From Rhynchobatus australiae (lineage: Eukaryota): a DNA stretch of 64,000 bases. The translations under genes and the position numbers were made by a program. This document shows positions 40,208 through 56,670 of this stretch, one piece after another. The DNA lies in NCBI GenBank assembly GCA_034780895.1, contig JAUZTB010000107.1:98073831-98137830 (forward strand). The letters run 5' to 3'. Numbering within the stretch: position 1 is the stretch's first letter; every line of letters begins with the position of its first letter. Below the pieces are notes generated by a model that was not told the origin of the DNA, made no database searches, and saw only the letters and a program-made list of their open reading frames with translations.

Positions 40208-43200
40208 NNNNNNNNNNNNNNNNNNNNNNNNNNNNNNNNNNNNNNNNNNNNNNNNNNNNNNNNNNNNNNNNNNNNNNNNNNNNNNNNNNNNNNNNNNNNN
40301 NNNNNNNGGCTGGTTATATTAGTTGGTCATTTCCTGCATTTGTTTCCAATATTATTGGGGGAAGTATAGATCGGCTCATTCTTGTTATTTTAGTCACGTG
40401 ACCATATAGACACCACAGCTTGCTCACAAGCATTTTGGGGGTATTATTACTAATCATTCAAATTGTACATCAATAATTTAAATCGTTACTCACACGTGGA
40501 CATGTAACAGTATATCTAAATATTAGATCTATCATAAACACACAAACATATGTGCAAATAAATACAAGCAACTGTAACTAGTTTGAACGGAATGTAAGAA
40601 CGATATTGTTATTATTAAATTCAAAACTGTTCCAAACATAAACCAAAGTAACCTCAAAAATAAACATCCTAAGTATAAAAGGAAAATGTATATCGTTCAT
40701 CATAATTTTATGGATTGAAATTTTCATCGTGATTCATTATTTCTCCAATTTTCATTTATCTCAGGTATGTGTGATGTGTATGCGCTGGTGGTCTATACCT
40801 GAACTATACCTGGTGGTCACCTCAAAATTTTCAAGATATGAACAATTCACTGACAGGAGGTTATATTTAAAGCCAATTTTGATAGTGGAGATTGGTGCTT
40901 GCGGAAGTTTGGCATCCATATTTTTAGCGAGTGAAAAAAAGACAACGTATAACTTTTATTTTAGCAATTATACTGAACTTTGCCTGAGGTGAGCTACACA
41001 CAGCAGACTGTGGTTTTCGACATCTAGACTTGCGGTACACCGTAGGGGGTTGTACAGTTTCTGTGCATTGACAGTAGACTGCAAGTTCCGTTTGTCATTG
41101 GACTAGACACGACTAAGTTATGCTGAATCTAGAAGAGATACAATTTACTAAAAAGTAGTCTCCCTAACATATAAGCCGTGAGTTAAATCTTAAAGATTGT
41201 TTCCACATAAAAGGTCGTAAGTCAGTCCATTGCCGTCTGACCCTTGAGTTCCTTGTTAAAAGCATTATTCACACAGCCTCTAACAAAACCTCCTCAGCTT
41301 TCACGGAAATGTTTTTATTATTCTATTTTCTTACATGATTCGTTAATTAAGAAAGCTGAATGATTAGAATAGCACCTGCGTGTTGTCAGGACGATTTCTG
41401 CATACTAATCTGTACATCTTTATATCTAGTAATTATAACATAAAATAAGACATTGAATAGAACGCAAAGATTTTTTTTCTAAGGCTTCTACTAATCCCCT
41501 ATTAAAGGAGTCTTGTTAAATAATTCAGGACAGTTTCCGGAAGTGGGATTACCGACTCCATTATTTTTCAATGAAATGATATTTCACACTCAAATGAACC
41601 TCTGTATTTCTANNNNNNNNNNNNNNNNNNNNNNNNNNNNNNNNNNNNNNNNNNNNNNNNNNNNNNNNNNNNNNNNNNNNNNNNNNNNNNNNNNNNNNNN
41701 NNNNNNNNNNNNACAGCCTCTGAAAGGTCAGCTTCTATTTTCCAGAAATTAGAAATCTAAAGGGGAGCTTGATTCTTTTATGAACACAGGATGACAATAA
41801 TCTCCTTACCCACAGACGTAATTAAAAATGCAATGAAGAAACCAGGCTTTTTTCCCCCTAATGTGGAATTTCACTATTTGACTGCATGTCGCCAAATATA
41901 AATGTGAACTTTCTTACCATGCCACTGAACATACGACTGTTTTATTTCAGTTTCCCGATCTTTTTTTTTCCTTAACACTACTGCATTGATAAGCTTATGT
42001 GTGAATATTTTCTGTATCAAAATCTCAATAGCATGTTTTATGCAGATAGAAGTGAAAGCCTGAATCTCTTGGCAAATACATTATTTTGTCGAAAGAATGC
42101 AAGCAAGAGAAAAGTCAAAACGGCAATTTAACTTTCTGATTTCAAGTCCGAAATTATTAGAGTTATACTGCAGTTGCTTCGTTTTATAGCATGTTCATAA
42201 TATGTTCTGCCAGTTCTCAAATACGTCATACAATTTGTTTACGTGTAATGTCAGACAGAGAAATACACTCATATGAGTATGCACCAGAAATATTGGCAAA
42301 TTTAAATGTTATTGTTCATTTCTCCTCATATATTTAAATATGGAATCGCGCTACTGTTGCACCAAAAATCATATTGAGATATACTAATGATTAAGACATG
42401 CCTTACAAACACCAGGCTGGCTGTATTTATCATTTCTGGAAAGCTGATGTTTGCATGCTTGATTGATTTATGTGGAACAGCACCAGATGCATGAGGAATA
42501 CTGGAGCACTGCATGTTATTAATCTAAACTTTGGGAAATGAACATCACCATATGCATATCGCCAAACTTCGCATTACCTGAACGACAGTTGTCGCTCACT
42601 ACCCCGAATAAGGGTTTCAGGGTTATTTAGAGAAGTACCAAGTTTGTCAGAAGCCAATATTTGCCAAAGAAACGTTATTACAATTAGAACAACACACCTG
42701 ACGGCCATAATTTTATACCTATTTATTGAAAGCTTACAAAACATATACCATATAATACAAGTGATGCATGTTTCTGCTATGTAATGTTAACATTAATTGA
42801 CTATATTTTGATTCTCTATGTTTAGGGTTAAATGTCGCGTTTGAATACAAAGGGGATTTTCCAAAAAAACATATTAGTAAGAGCATGTAATTTTCATAAT
42901 TGAATTACAAAATTGTTAAAAGTTTCCAGTGGCATTGCATGAACCTTTAAGAAGTCGTCAGTCATCCAAACTTGCATATCTGGGCATCATTTCTACACAG
43001 TTATTGATGCTAAAGCAAAAAAAAACGCAAAAATATTTGTGTCTTCGTTTGATTTTATAGGAACAAAAGAAAACAGCAAAGGGGATATTTATCGAGAGTA
43101 TTTAAACGAAAGTTATCTTTCTTGTGGTTGATTTATTACAATTTATATCATGTCTTCAACAAATTGTTTGTGCATCACAAGCAAAATGCAAACGTTAGCT

Positions 43201-46200
43201 ATCTTAGGTTATACGGTGCAATTTCACAATTGTCCCTCTGCAATATAAATCCTGGCGAACGTGGTTTCAGGATCCGTTTCGGTAAGATTTTAAAAATAAG
43301 ATTAGAAATATAATATTTCAACGGGTGTGATTTTAGCTGAGCTGCTAAACGCCATCAAGATTAGTTATAATAACTATTATCATGTACATCGAAATTCACG
43401 AATACATATGCCAAATTTGTGCGACAGTCTGTATAGAATCATCCTATTTCAACAACATGCATCCTTTATTTGGATTGCTTAATATTTATAAATATCCTTA
43501 TAATTACATCAACGCTATAAACTGTGTTTTGCTTCTTGGATATTTTATTGAGATTATGTACATGTGATTATTTAAGTACTCAGAGTAAAGATGATAAACT
43601 TATAATGGTTAAGGCGCATTCTATTATGAATATGATACCTTAAAACTTGTTCCACAGAAGGACCAATAGTAGATTGTTCGATATTATTGACAAATGCCAT
43701 ATTTCATTCTTATATAAATAGGTTACATGTATAAACTTGAACATGGTTCTTGAAGTAAAGGTGTTGATTATTCTTTTGGAATGGCAGTAAAATAAAAATA
43801 GATTTTGAAATGTTTATTGCCTGAATGGGAGAGTAAATAGATTTTAAATATCATTTGGATTCTATGGAGACTCAATTCAATGTTACTAGATCGGTTAAAC
43901 TGTGCCTTGCTTCGTCTTTATCCTCCTCTGCGCTTTTACCTCTCATATTTAGGAACCGCATTCACCACATCTGATGTTACTACGGTTTATTATGAATTGT
44001 ATAAATCAACATATGGTCCACAGCTTCAAAGGTTGACCGAAGCTGTACGATTTTAATAAGTCATGTGGGTGACATTGACGACGTCAGAATCTCTACCAGG
44101 GGTGATTGCTTCGGACAAATATTGTTTCTTAGAGCGAACTTCCGTCATTTCTGCTCCTTATTAGTTTCACTATAACTAAGAGTTATTAAGCAACATTATT
44201 CAAATTACGTTGTGGCGGTTGTTTTTTTTAACCAAGTTGGGATTATTCCCTTGTTACACATTGAAAAGTAGATATAAATAAGAGGGTAAATGTTGCAAGA
44301 TCTAACGGTGTTCGGTTGGTGCAGATTGAACATGTTTTATTTTGAACCAATAATGTATTCGCCTTGCAATCTGATGTCTTTAGACTATCATTGAATAATA
44401 TGACATAGGTGCCTATCATTCCCTGAGAGGCTATACCGCTATTAACGTTACTTGCATTTAGTAGAAGTCAGCTTTTACCAGAGAAATTCATTTTAAATCA
44501 CAATAGAAGTGTTTTTTTTTTGTTTTACTTTAAATCTGCGCCTGATTTNNNTTGTAAATGCACAATTGCATCTTTTTCCCCATTGTTCGATTTGCAGATC
44601 CACGCGTTAGACTAAATGCTGTAGGGCGATGCTACAAGAAGCTGCTGAAATCTTGAACAAGCCTTAAGAAATCCATCAGGACGCTGGGTGGAGGGAGGGG
44701 GGCGGGGTGAAACCTCTGCTATTTTCAATGTTATATTCATAATCGATCACATATCACTTTCATGTAATTTGTATAAATGCTGTGGAAGGACATTGTCCAA
44801 TATTGCACAGTATGTTTTTAATAAGTATATTGTTCAGAATGTTACTGAATATGCGGTGATTGTGCTTTAGCCGATCTGTTGCTGAAATTCAGTTTTGATT
44901 ATAAATTCTGACGTCAAGTTCTTTGCATAATATAATCATAAGAAATAAGGTACTGTGTTTTGATTCATGTGCAAAATCGAAATTTGAATATTAAACTGAC
45001 TACTTACAAGACAAAAATATGGGGCACAAATATTTGAGTTGATTACTTTTTACCCAGTGCATTGTTTTGTATTCTGGTCGCCTTGTTGTTTAGGGATACT
45101 AGTCCTTATACATGCATTGCTTTGTTGTCAGGACTTATCAGTGAATGGACGTTAATTAATGCTCTCCAGAAGCTTGGATGGGGTGGATGATAGGAAGCAA
45201 CAGGGGATGAATCCCTCCAAAATGGTTTGTCAACGATGAGAAAGAAAAGCCAGTGTCAATAAAAGAACCACTAATGATGGCCACACGTCTCTCAACATGT
45301 TGTCCAACGTGCCTTTCCATCTCTTGTTGACTATAGTCAAGTGTAATAACTGCATATCCTCAGTCAAGCATTATAGCCTTTCACCGTGTGGATTAATTAN
45401 NNNNNNNNNNNNNNNNNNNNNNNNNNNNNNNNNNNNNNNNNNNNNNNNNNNNNNNNNNNNNNNNNNNNNNNNNNNNNNNNNNNNNNNNNNNNNNNNNNNT
45501 ATTAATTAGTCAGTGTTGTCACCTCTTCACTTTTTTCTGACCACCATTTTGGACAAATATCGAAGTAAGCAAGAATGCGAACATAGAGCGATTGTGGGAT
45601 AAAATTTCGATTTTCGCTTTTCCAATCATTTAAGATCCATTTGGTCCTTAAAGGTTCATAAATTAGAGACGACAGAAAAATTGTTAAGTCACCGGAAAAA
45701 TTGCTTGCTCATTTCACGATCAACCATAGCGTAAAAGAGAGCGCATGCGTATAGTTCTAGATTCTATTGTGTTTTAACCAAGAAATGGGCCGAACTGTGA
45801 TATTCGTGAATTTGTTCTAAATAAAATAAGTTTACTGATAGCTCTTGATGCAATATTTATGTTTTAAAATATGTTCACCAAAACAGACATTCGCCTGACA
45901 TAAAACCAGCACTAACCAAAATCAGGTGGCTGAAACCTTGCCATCGTTATGGTAAGTTGCCATTTACTTCACCATCGCCTGACTGATTCAAGGAAGCACT
46001 TCGCCGATGTCATGTCATATAACTCAAAAACAATTTAAGTTAAGCGATGTAATCAAACAATATTTTAACCGAGAGCGATCACATTTTGAAGTTGATATCT
46101 ACAATTTATACAAAGGTCCTTAATTTTTGTGTGTTAGTTACGAGGGGAAGTATCACCCCTAAACATTTGGGATCCACATCAAGAGATTTACTGTTAGCAT

Positions 46201-49200
46201 GCTCTGAGCAGCAATTGAAATAAAAACCTGATCACTTTAGAAGACATCAGTTTACAATCAGGGTGGGTGACTATCGATTACAATACATATCTCGCACTTT
46301 CAGCAGCAATTCGATGCGATTTTCTACATCCATTATGATACTGTATTAAGAAACATTATGTACTTAATGCAGTTGCCAATAATTCCCTCGACTGTATTGA
46401 CAATAGATCATTTGCCTGAGATCCAAGTCTCAATTTAAGGTCCCTGAATGTCCATGCAAAATAAAGTGTTTCGTGGACCTGGGAGACGATTATACTGGGC
46501 GAAATTTTGCAATCATGGTAATAAATTCATTAGAAGATTGCTTCCCTGCAAATTGCAACTTGTCTGTCATTTTGAGAGGCAGCTATTTACGAAACGAATA
46601 GACTGCTAACTTATTTCATTGTCAATTTACTCAAATTTGGAAACGATTGATTCGTGACACGAAGCTATAATAATCCCATCCGAAAGAATTCCTGATTAAA
46701 AGTTAATGTCTATTGTTTCCTTGGGCCTAACTTAGCGTGGACTTTAACATGGAAACCAACAGGACAGAATTGTGGCCAGTTTTAAAGGCGACAAGGATAG
46801 AGCTATGAATAGTTTAATTAAAACTAGCTTATATTGTTAAACACGGTTTTGTGAAAAAAACTGCTGAAAGAATCTGTTTCAGGTTGAATGCTTTTTAACA
46901 GATTCCTTTTTAGTGGTGTCAGGCGCAATGTAATGCCTAGCACTTCTTGTATGGTGCCCATTTGCCGTGTTCTCAAAAAAAACCCTACATAATCAAAAAG
47001 TGAACAGCAAACAAAAGATGTAGGCATTACAACCGACTGAAGAGCGAGAGGAAAGTGCATCTATTTACTCAGGAGAACTCGGCCCTAAATTCGTTCAGGG
47101 ATAGTAAACAACAAGGGGAAAGAAATCCACATTTATTGTGTTTTTGATTGTCCTGTGTACAACATGACTCCGTTAAACAATTGTAATCTAAAAGACTGAC
47201 ATGTAATAAGGAATTTTGTTGTACATTCAAGACATCCCATATTATTGCGCCAATTACGTTTACTTTTTTTTCTAAGCACTTTGTCAATGAAGTTTTTCCC
47301 ATCTTTAATTTAAAGTTAAATACAAGACTTTAAAGGCAATGTTTTATAAGAGTGTTTGCTAATATAATTTGGACGAGAGAAATTAATTGAAAAAAATAAC
47401 ATGGTCTTTGAGTAATAGAGATCACTGCGACTAAACCTTACTACAATACTGTAGTAAATTGCATTGAACAAAATGGCGACCGTGTAGTAGTTTGAAATGT
47501 AAAACCCGAGATAAATGTTTCTCTACATTGATATTATATGACTACTAGAAAATTAAATGGTCGATATTAATGCAGGAAACTTTCAGTTAGTGAACGTATA
47601 AATGTTAGAAAAATCTTAGGTAAATGTTCTACTCATCAGTCAAAGATTGTGACCTTTAAAGCCACCGCTCCATTTCTATAACATTTTTTTTATCAGTTGT
47701 ACACATTTGAAGTTTCAGGGATGAACTACCATTTTTGAACACGGATTTGAACAGGTACGGCAGTATTACATCCACACACAATTGTCCTTTATTCTAAAAT
47801 GTATCAACAGTTCTAACACTCTCCGGTCTGCTCAAGGTAGTAATACAAGTCCTTCTATCTTTTATCTCTTTAGAAACGGTTTAGAACTAACGGACAGAAA
47901 ACGCTTGACAGAGAGGAGAACAAATCGCTGACAAAGAACGCTTTCCGTTTCATCAGCGTCGTTAAGACGACGAGGAAGAATCTCTTAGATAATAACTCCC
48001 ACTTCAAAGAATTTTGCCCTGAATAGAGAATGTACCATCCTTTTTATACAGCCACAAGGGTTTTCACTAAAGAGGACTCGACTGTTTGGTTATTTTTCAC
48101 CGTGTTTATTTTTCGCCATTCACTGGGTACTTGTATAAAATAAACAACAAGACAATTACTAAAAGACGAATTCCCAACTTATCTGCTCACAGGGCCCAGA
48201 TCAAACCCGCTGTGCTCCCTCTCCGAGGAGCCAAACCAGTTCGATTCAGACCATCCCTAATCCGCCTGAGAATCCGTCCCAACCCCAAAATATTAAAGAT
48301 TATGATGAAGTGAAGATTGACTGTACTAACCTAGCATGAAACCAAAGGTCAACGCAAATGTATCTTAATAGAGTGTCTCGAATCGAATGTGCCTCCTTTG
48401 AAGGCAGTTTGCTATTGCTCCGTTCATTACCATAGCGATCCTAGTGTGCGGTGCTGATGTACCATAAAACTCACACTTTGGAATTCTAAAACCCAGCTCT
48501 TTGAACAGCCCGAGTCTGATTAGAGTCCTTGTGTCTTTTATTTTCTCTCTCGTTCTTTGGGGGGGAAAAAAGAAACTCCTTGTGCTTTTAAAAGTTTGCA
48601 GAAAGTTGAACTCGCTTCCTAAGTAACTATATCAAATAGAAATAAGAAAGAAAAAAAGTTAATTGACACTCTATCTCAAGGCGTCTCTTTCTCTTCGCTG
48701 GAGGTTGTGGGGTTATACTTGATGTTTCATTTATGTTTGTTGTAAGTCATGCTTCGCACGAGGCTTTCTTTGCTCTCTAAAGTAGCAACACCGTAAAACA
48801 AATATATGTATACACTCATGTAAATGCACACACAAACTTGCTTACATATGGCTCTTAAAGAAGTAAACATTCCGTCCTTAATGAAAAGACTGGACTAGCT
48901 CCAGACTTGGCTTTCAGTATTTAAGTATGACTTGTCTATTGCCATAGAAATCCTAACTCACCATGAAGATTCACCGTTGCGAAGAAATACTTCTTTGTAG
49001 ATTTTTCTGCTTTGATGTCTCCACGAGGATATTCAGGCTTTTGAGTTGATGCTGCCTGGATTACCTATAGCAACTGGGTGGACATCTGCAACAAGTAAAT
49101 AAAAAAGGTGAACAGCTATCCAGGGTAATGATTCCATTTTTAAAGTCGAAAAAAATGTAACATTTACGACTCCGAAAGGTTGGAAAATTATTCAAAAGTT

Positions 49201-50279
49201 ATTTTAATTTGTTTTATCATTTTCAACGAAAGTTACTCACATTTTTTTCCTGAAGTGAATTAAAATAAATATGTGAAAACTTGCTCTCCTTACTATTACT
49301 CAACTTTTATGGACTTTAGCATTATTCGTCGGTTCCCTCATCTCCTGGGTCTATTACTGGTCAAAAAATAGGTTCCACTGCTCGTCATATCTTTCACGTG
49401 AATTTGAACATTTTATGACAAGAAAACTGCATCTTTCTGAAGGTGCGTTTCCTCAATTTAAAAATTCGTTTCATGAACACTTTCTTTCTTTTGTGTGTGT
49501 GTCCTGCAAAGGTTTCGGCGCTAGATCTCAAGGAAAACGTAATTAAGAGAAAATAACAAACTAACTTATTTAATAAGCTGTGAAGGAGGTCAGACAGCCT
49601 TACACACTGGCGGTGCAACAGAGCAAACTGAGGAAAAGATGATTGGATTATTAATATCTTTTCACAGCTGTCCAGACTTTACTGGAATATATAGTAGATT
49701 AGGCTTTCTCTAAGGGAGAAACGAATATATTAACCCCATATTATTTATCTTGCATAGCAACCTAGTCCCCTTACTGTGCAACACGTTATATCCCCATTCG
49801 CTAGGCCCCTTACCAGAAAACGTGAAGAGAAAACGATCAGGCTGCGATAACTGCTAATGACAATCCTAAACTCCTGGTCTTTGTGCGTACGTGTTTGAGG
49901 AATAGCGAGGGGGAAAAAAAATGGTCCATATTTCAATCCCTAACCGCAATTTGAGTTTAAGTAACAAAGTTTATTTTGCACTTCGCTGGGATTCCCGAAG
50001 GATTACTATTTTTGTCAAATATAGGTTTTGATTCATCAAATGTGTCACAGGGGGACATTTGCACTAAGCTGGTACAAAATTAATTTGTGGACGGTGGTAA
50101 TTTATTGGTGGTTTCTTGTACTGCAATTTTTCAGCAATATTTTAAGCATAAAGAATATATATATGTTTGTTTAGGAATCACTTATTACTATCCTTGTGTT
50201 TGTCGGCTATCATCTATATAATTGACAACTACGTGGCTTTAGCCTTCCATTGTAAAGTGCAGCAAGCAGTCATTTTTCA

Positions 50280-51684
50280 TCTTATTTTACAAAATTTATT
50301 AATTTCCAAGACGCATTTATTTATGAGTTTTTGACAATACAATAGGGAACTATGCACAATTCATTCATACATTTGCAAAATACAAAGTGGTTTCAGTACA
50401 CATTCCAACGACTTCTGCTTAAACAGTAGGATTTCACCGTAACAATACCTCGATCTTACAACTTCTTTACCAACTATGTTCAGGGTTCCACAAAAAGGAA
50501 AACGTGCTTCGCCGATGTTACTTATTTTCAAATGGAAAATGCGCTTCGAATAACGTACTTGTGGCGTAAAACGATGTACTAAGAAATGTATTGCTCCTGA
50601 CTATAAAACATGACCAAGTCAATGAGTTAGAGTTTGTTCTTTAGAGGTGGTTAATTATATATGTCACAGAGATAGGACAGAACCAATGTTTTACTATACA
50701 TATTAACAACAAATAGGTCAATTCCTAAAATGTCTTTAAACCGTATTCCTATTATTATCAATTTATTACAAACCAGTACCCATGTATATCAAAACAGGAT
50801 CAAAAATACAGAAAGAAAATTATGCTACATAGTCAAAACCTCCATTTATAAAACACTATAATTTACAGAACACACGCTAATGATTTAAAATAATCTAAGA
50901 AAAAAATGTACACTGTCTAACTGCCCTGTGATAAAACACTTTGGTTCATTTATACAAAATGTGTTTTATTGTAACATTTTAAATAAATTATGTCAAGAAA
51001 AACAAAACAAGAAAACAAGAACGAATTACTTAACACAGACATACGGTGCATATCAATACCAATATTTATATGATTTACAGGCTTACTCTGTAAAATGTCT
51101 CATACAAAGACGTTTGTAAAAATGTTTAAAGATTAGACAGGTTTTTAAACAGAGAGTATCCATCTTGTTTTGGCCTACAAAGGCTTGTGTACATTACTAT
51201 TCACATCAGGTGTATCTTCTAACGCTTTCCTGTCTTTCAAACAGCAACGTAATATACTCCCTTGACAAAGCGACATCGCAGTTTACCCCAATAAGTAGAA
51301 AAAAAAGCAAAGAAAAACTGAAAAGTAATTGGCCTTATACAATATTTAATGAAAATAATCCTATAAGGTAGTGGGATGGGCAAGGGGTAAGGTGGGGGTA
51401 GTGGCACTTGTAAGTGATCGGAAATACTTTGCAGCTAAAGGTGCGTTATTCCTGACTATTGACTTCAACTTATGCAAGATTTTATCAAGGATACTTCCTC
51501 TTTAATACATGTCTGCATCGTCTGGTGCATGCCAGTGCATTACATCATTTTCACATTACCTAGGCGCTGGGCCTCCAGAAACTCAAATACTTCAAGTCAA
51601 ATGTTGCGGCAAACATCTAATGAACAAAGATTTACTTGAGATTTCTTATTGTGAATGCATGTCCAAATAGTTATGTGTTTCTTG
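50280..51684 (-). other. zic4: Probable Zic4 3' UTR
   Basis: AT-rich sequence after the stop; minus-strand AATAAA at 50965-50970, 50316-50321 and 50295-50300. The true end is uncertain. Confidence 0.55.
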
Positions 51685-52121
51685 TTAGAGAATAGTTCTG
51701 GGATCAGAGTTTCTGTAAGAATGTTCTCCTGGTCCAGGTGATGATGAATTGCTTGGAGGAGTTGGAATACCACTTGCTCCTGTGCTCTGACACACATACC
51801 ATTCGCTCAGGTTAGCTGCGTGGGAAGATGTGATGGGGTCAAGCTGGGAGGCTGGAGCCGGGGGGTCCCGACCTGAGTCCGAAGACGGAGATACCAGCGA
51901 AGGGGTGGAGGATTCGTAGCCCGAGCTTGGAGGAGGAGATTTGCAGTGGACCTTCATATGCTTACGAAGGGAACTGGGGTGCGTGTACGATTTATCACAG
52001 CCTCTTACTTTGCAGTTATAGGGCTTGTCACTTGTATGCACATGAGAGTGCTTTTTCCTGTCGCTGCTGTTAGCAAAACGTCTGTCACAGCCTTCAAACT
52101 CGCATTTAAAGGGTTTTTCAC
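51685..52121 (-). CDS. zic4: Zic4 coding exon 2 (ZF4, ZF5, Ser/Pro-rich C-terminus, stop)
   Basis: Acceptor tttccttttag|GT GAA AAA CCC (52122/52121) restores HTG-EKPF in phase. Encodes [72 protein letters not shown]; stop at 51685-51687. No intron at HMK|VH, which fits Zic4/5 rather than Zic1-3. Confidence 0.96.
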
Positions 52122-56388
<4,267 letters not shown>

Positions 56389-56529
56389 GCTTATAATGCC
56401 TTACTGCAGGAAAATAATAAAATAAACTTTTTTTTTTCAAAAGTTACCGAACTTTAGAAACTCGCCCTTTGCCAACGTGGAAAGCCATTCGGTGTGGAGA
56501 GTGCAGACGGATAGCAGCAGCAGGACGCA

Positions 56530-56670
56530 TTGAGAAACTGAATTGAGATTCATGAACAGCTTTGCAGCCCGTCGAGCTCCGCGAGCAACACGCGATCTCA
56601 TTGGTCAGTTTCCAATGATTGACAGTGCCAGTTACGGACCCCAGACAGGGCACATGCGTATTACACCCNN
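56530..56670 (-). promoter_or_regulatory. Candidate proximal Zic4 promoter
   Basis: CpG-dense; two opposed CCAAT boxes (ATTGG 56600-56604, CCAAT 56612-56616) and an exact PBX-MEIS/PREP decamer TGATTGACAG (56616-56625), about 220 bp upstream of the ATG. Confidence 0.6.

Noticed and set aside
56404-56447. Possible GT-AG micro-intron in the Zic4 leader
   Set aside because: 44 nt is below the usual vertebrate minimum intron size
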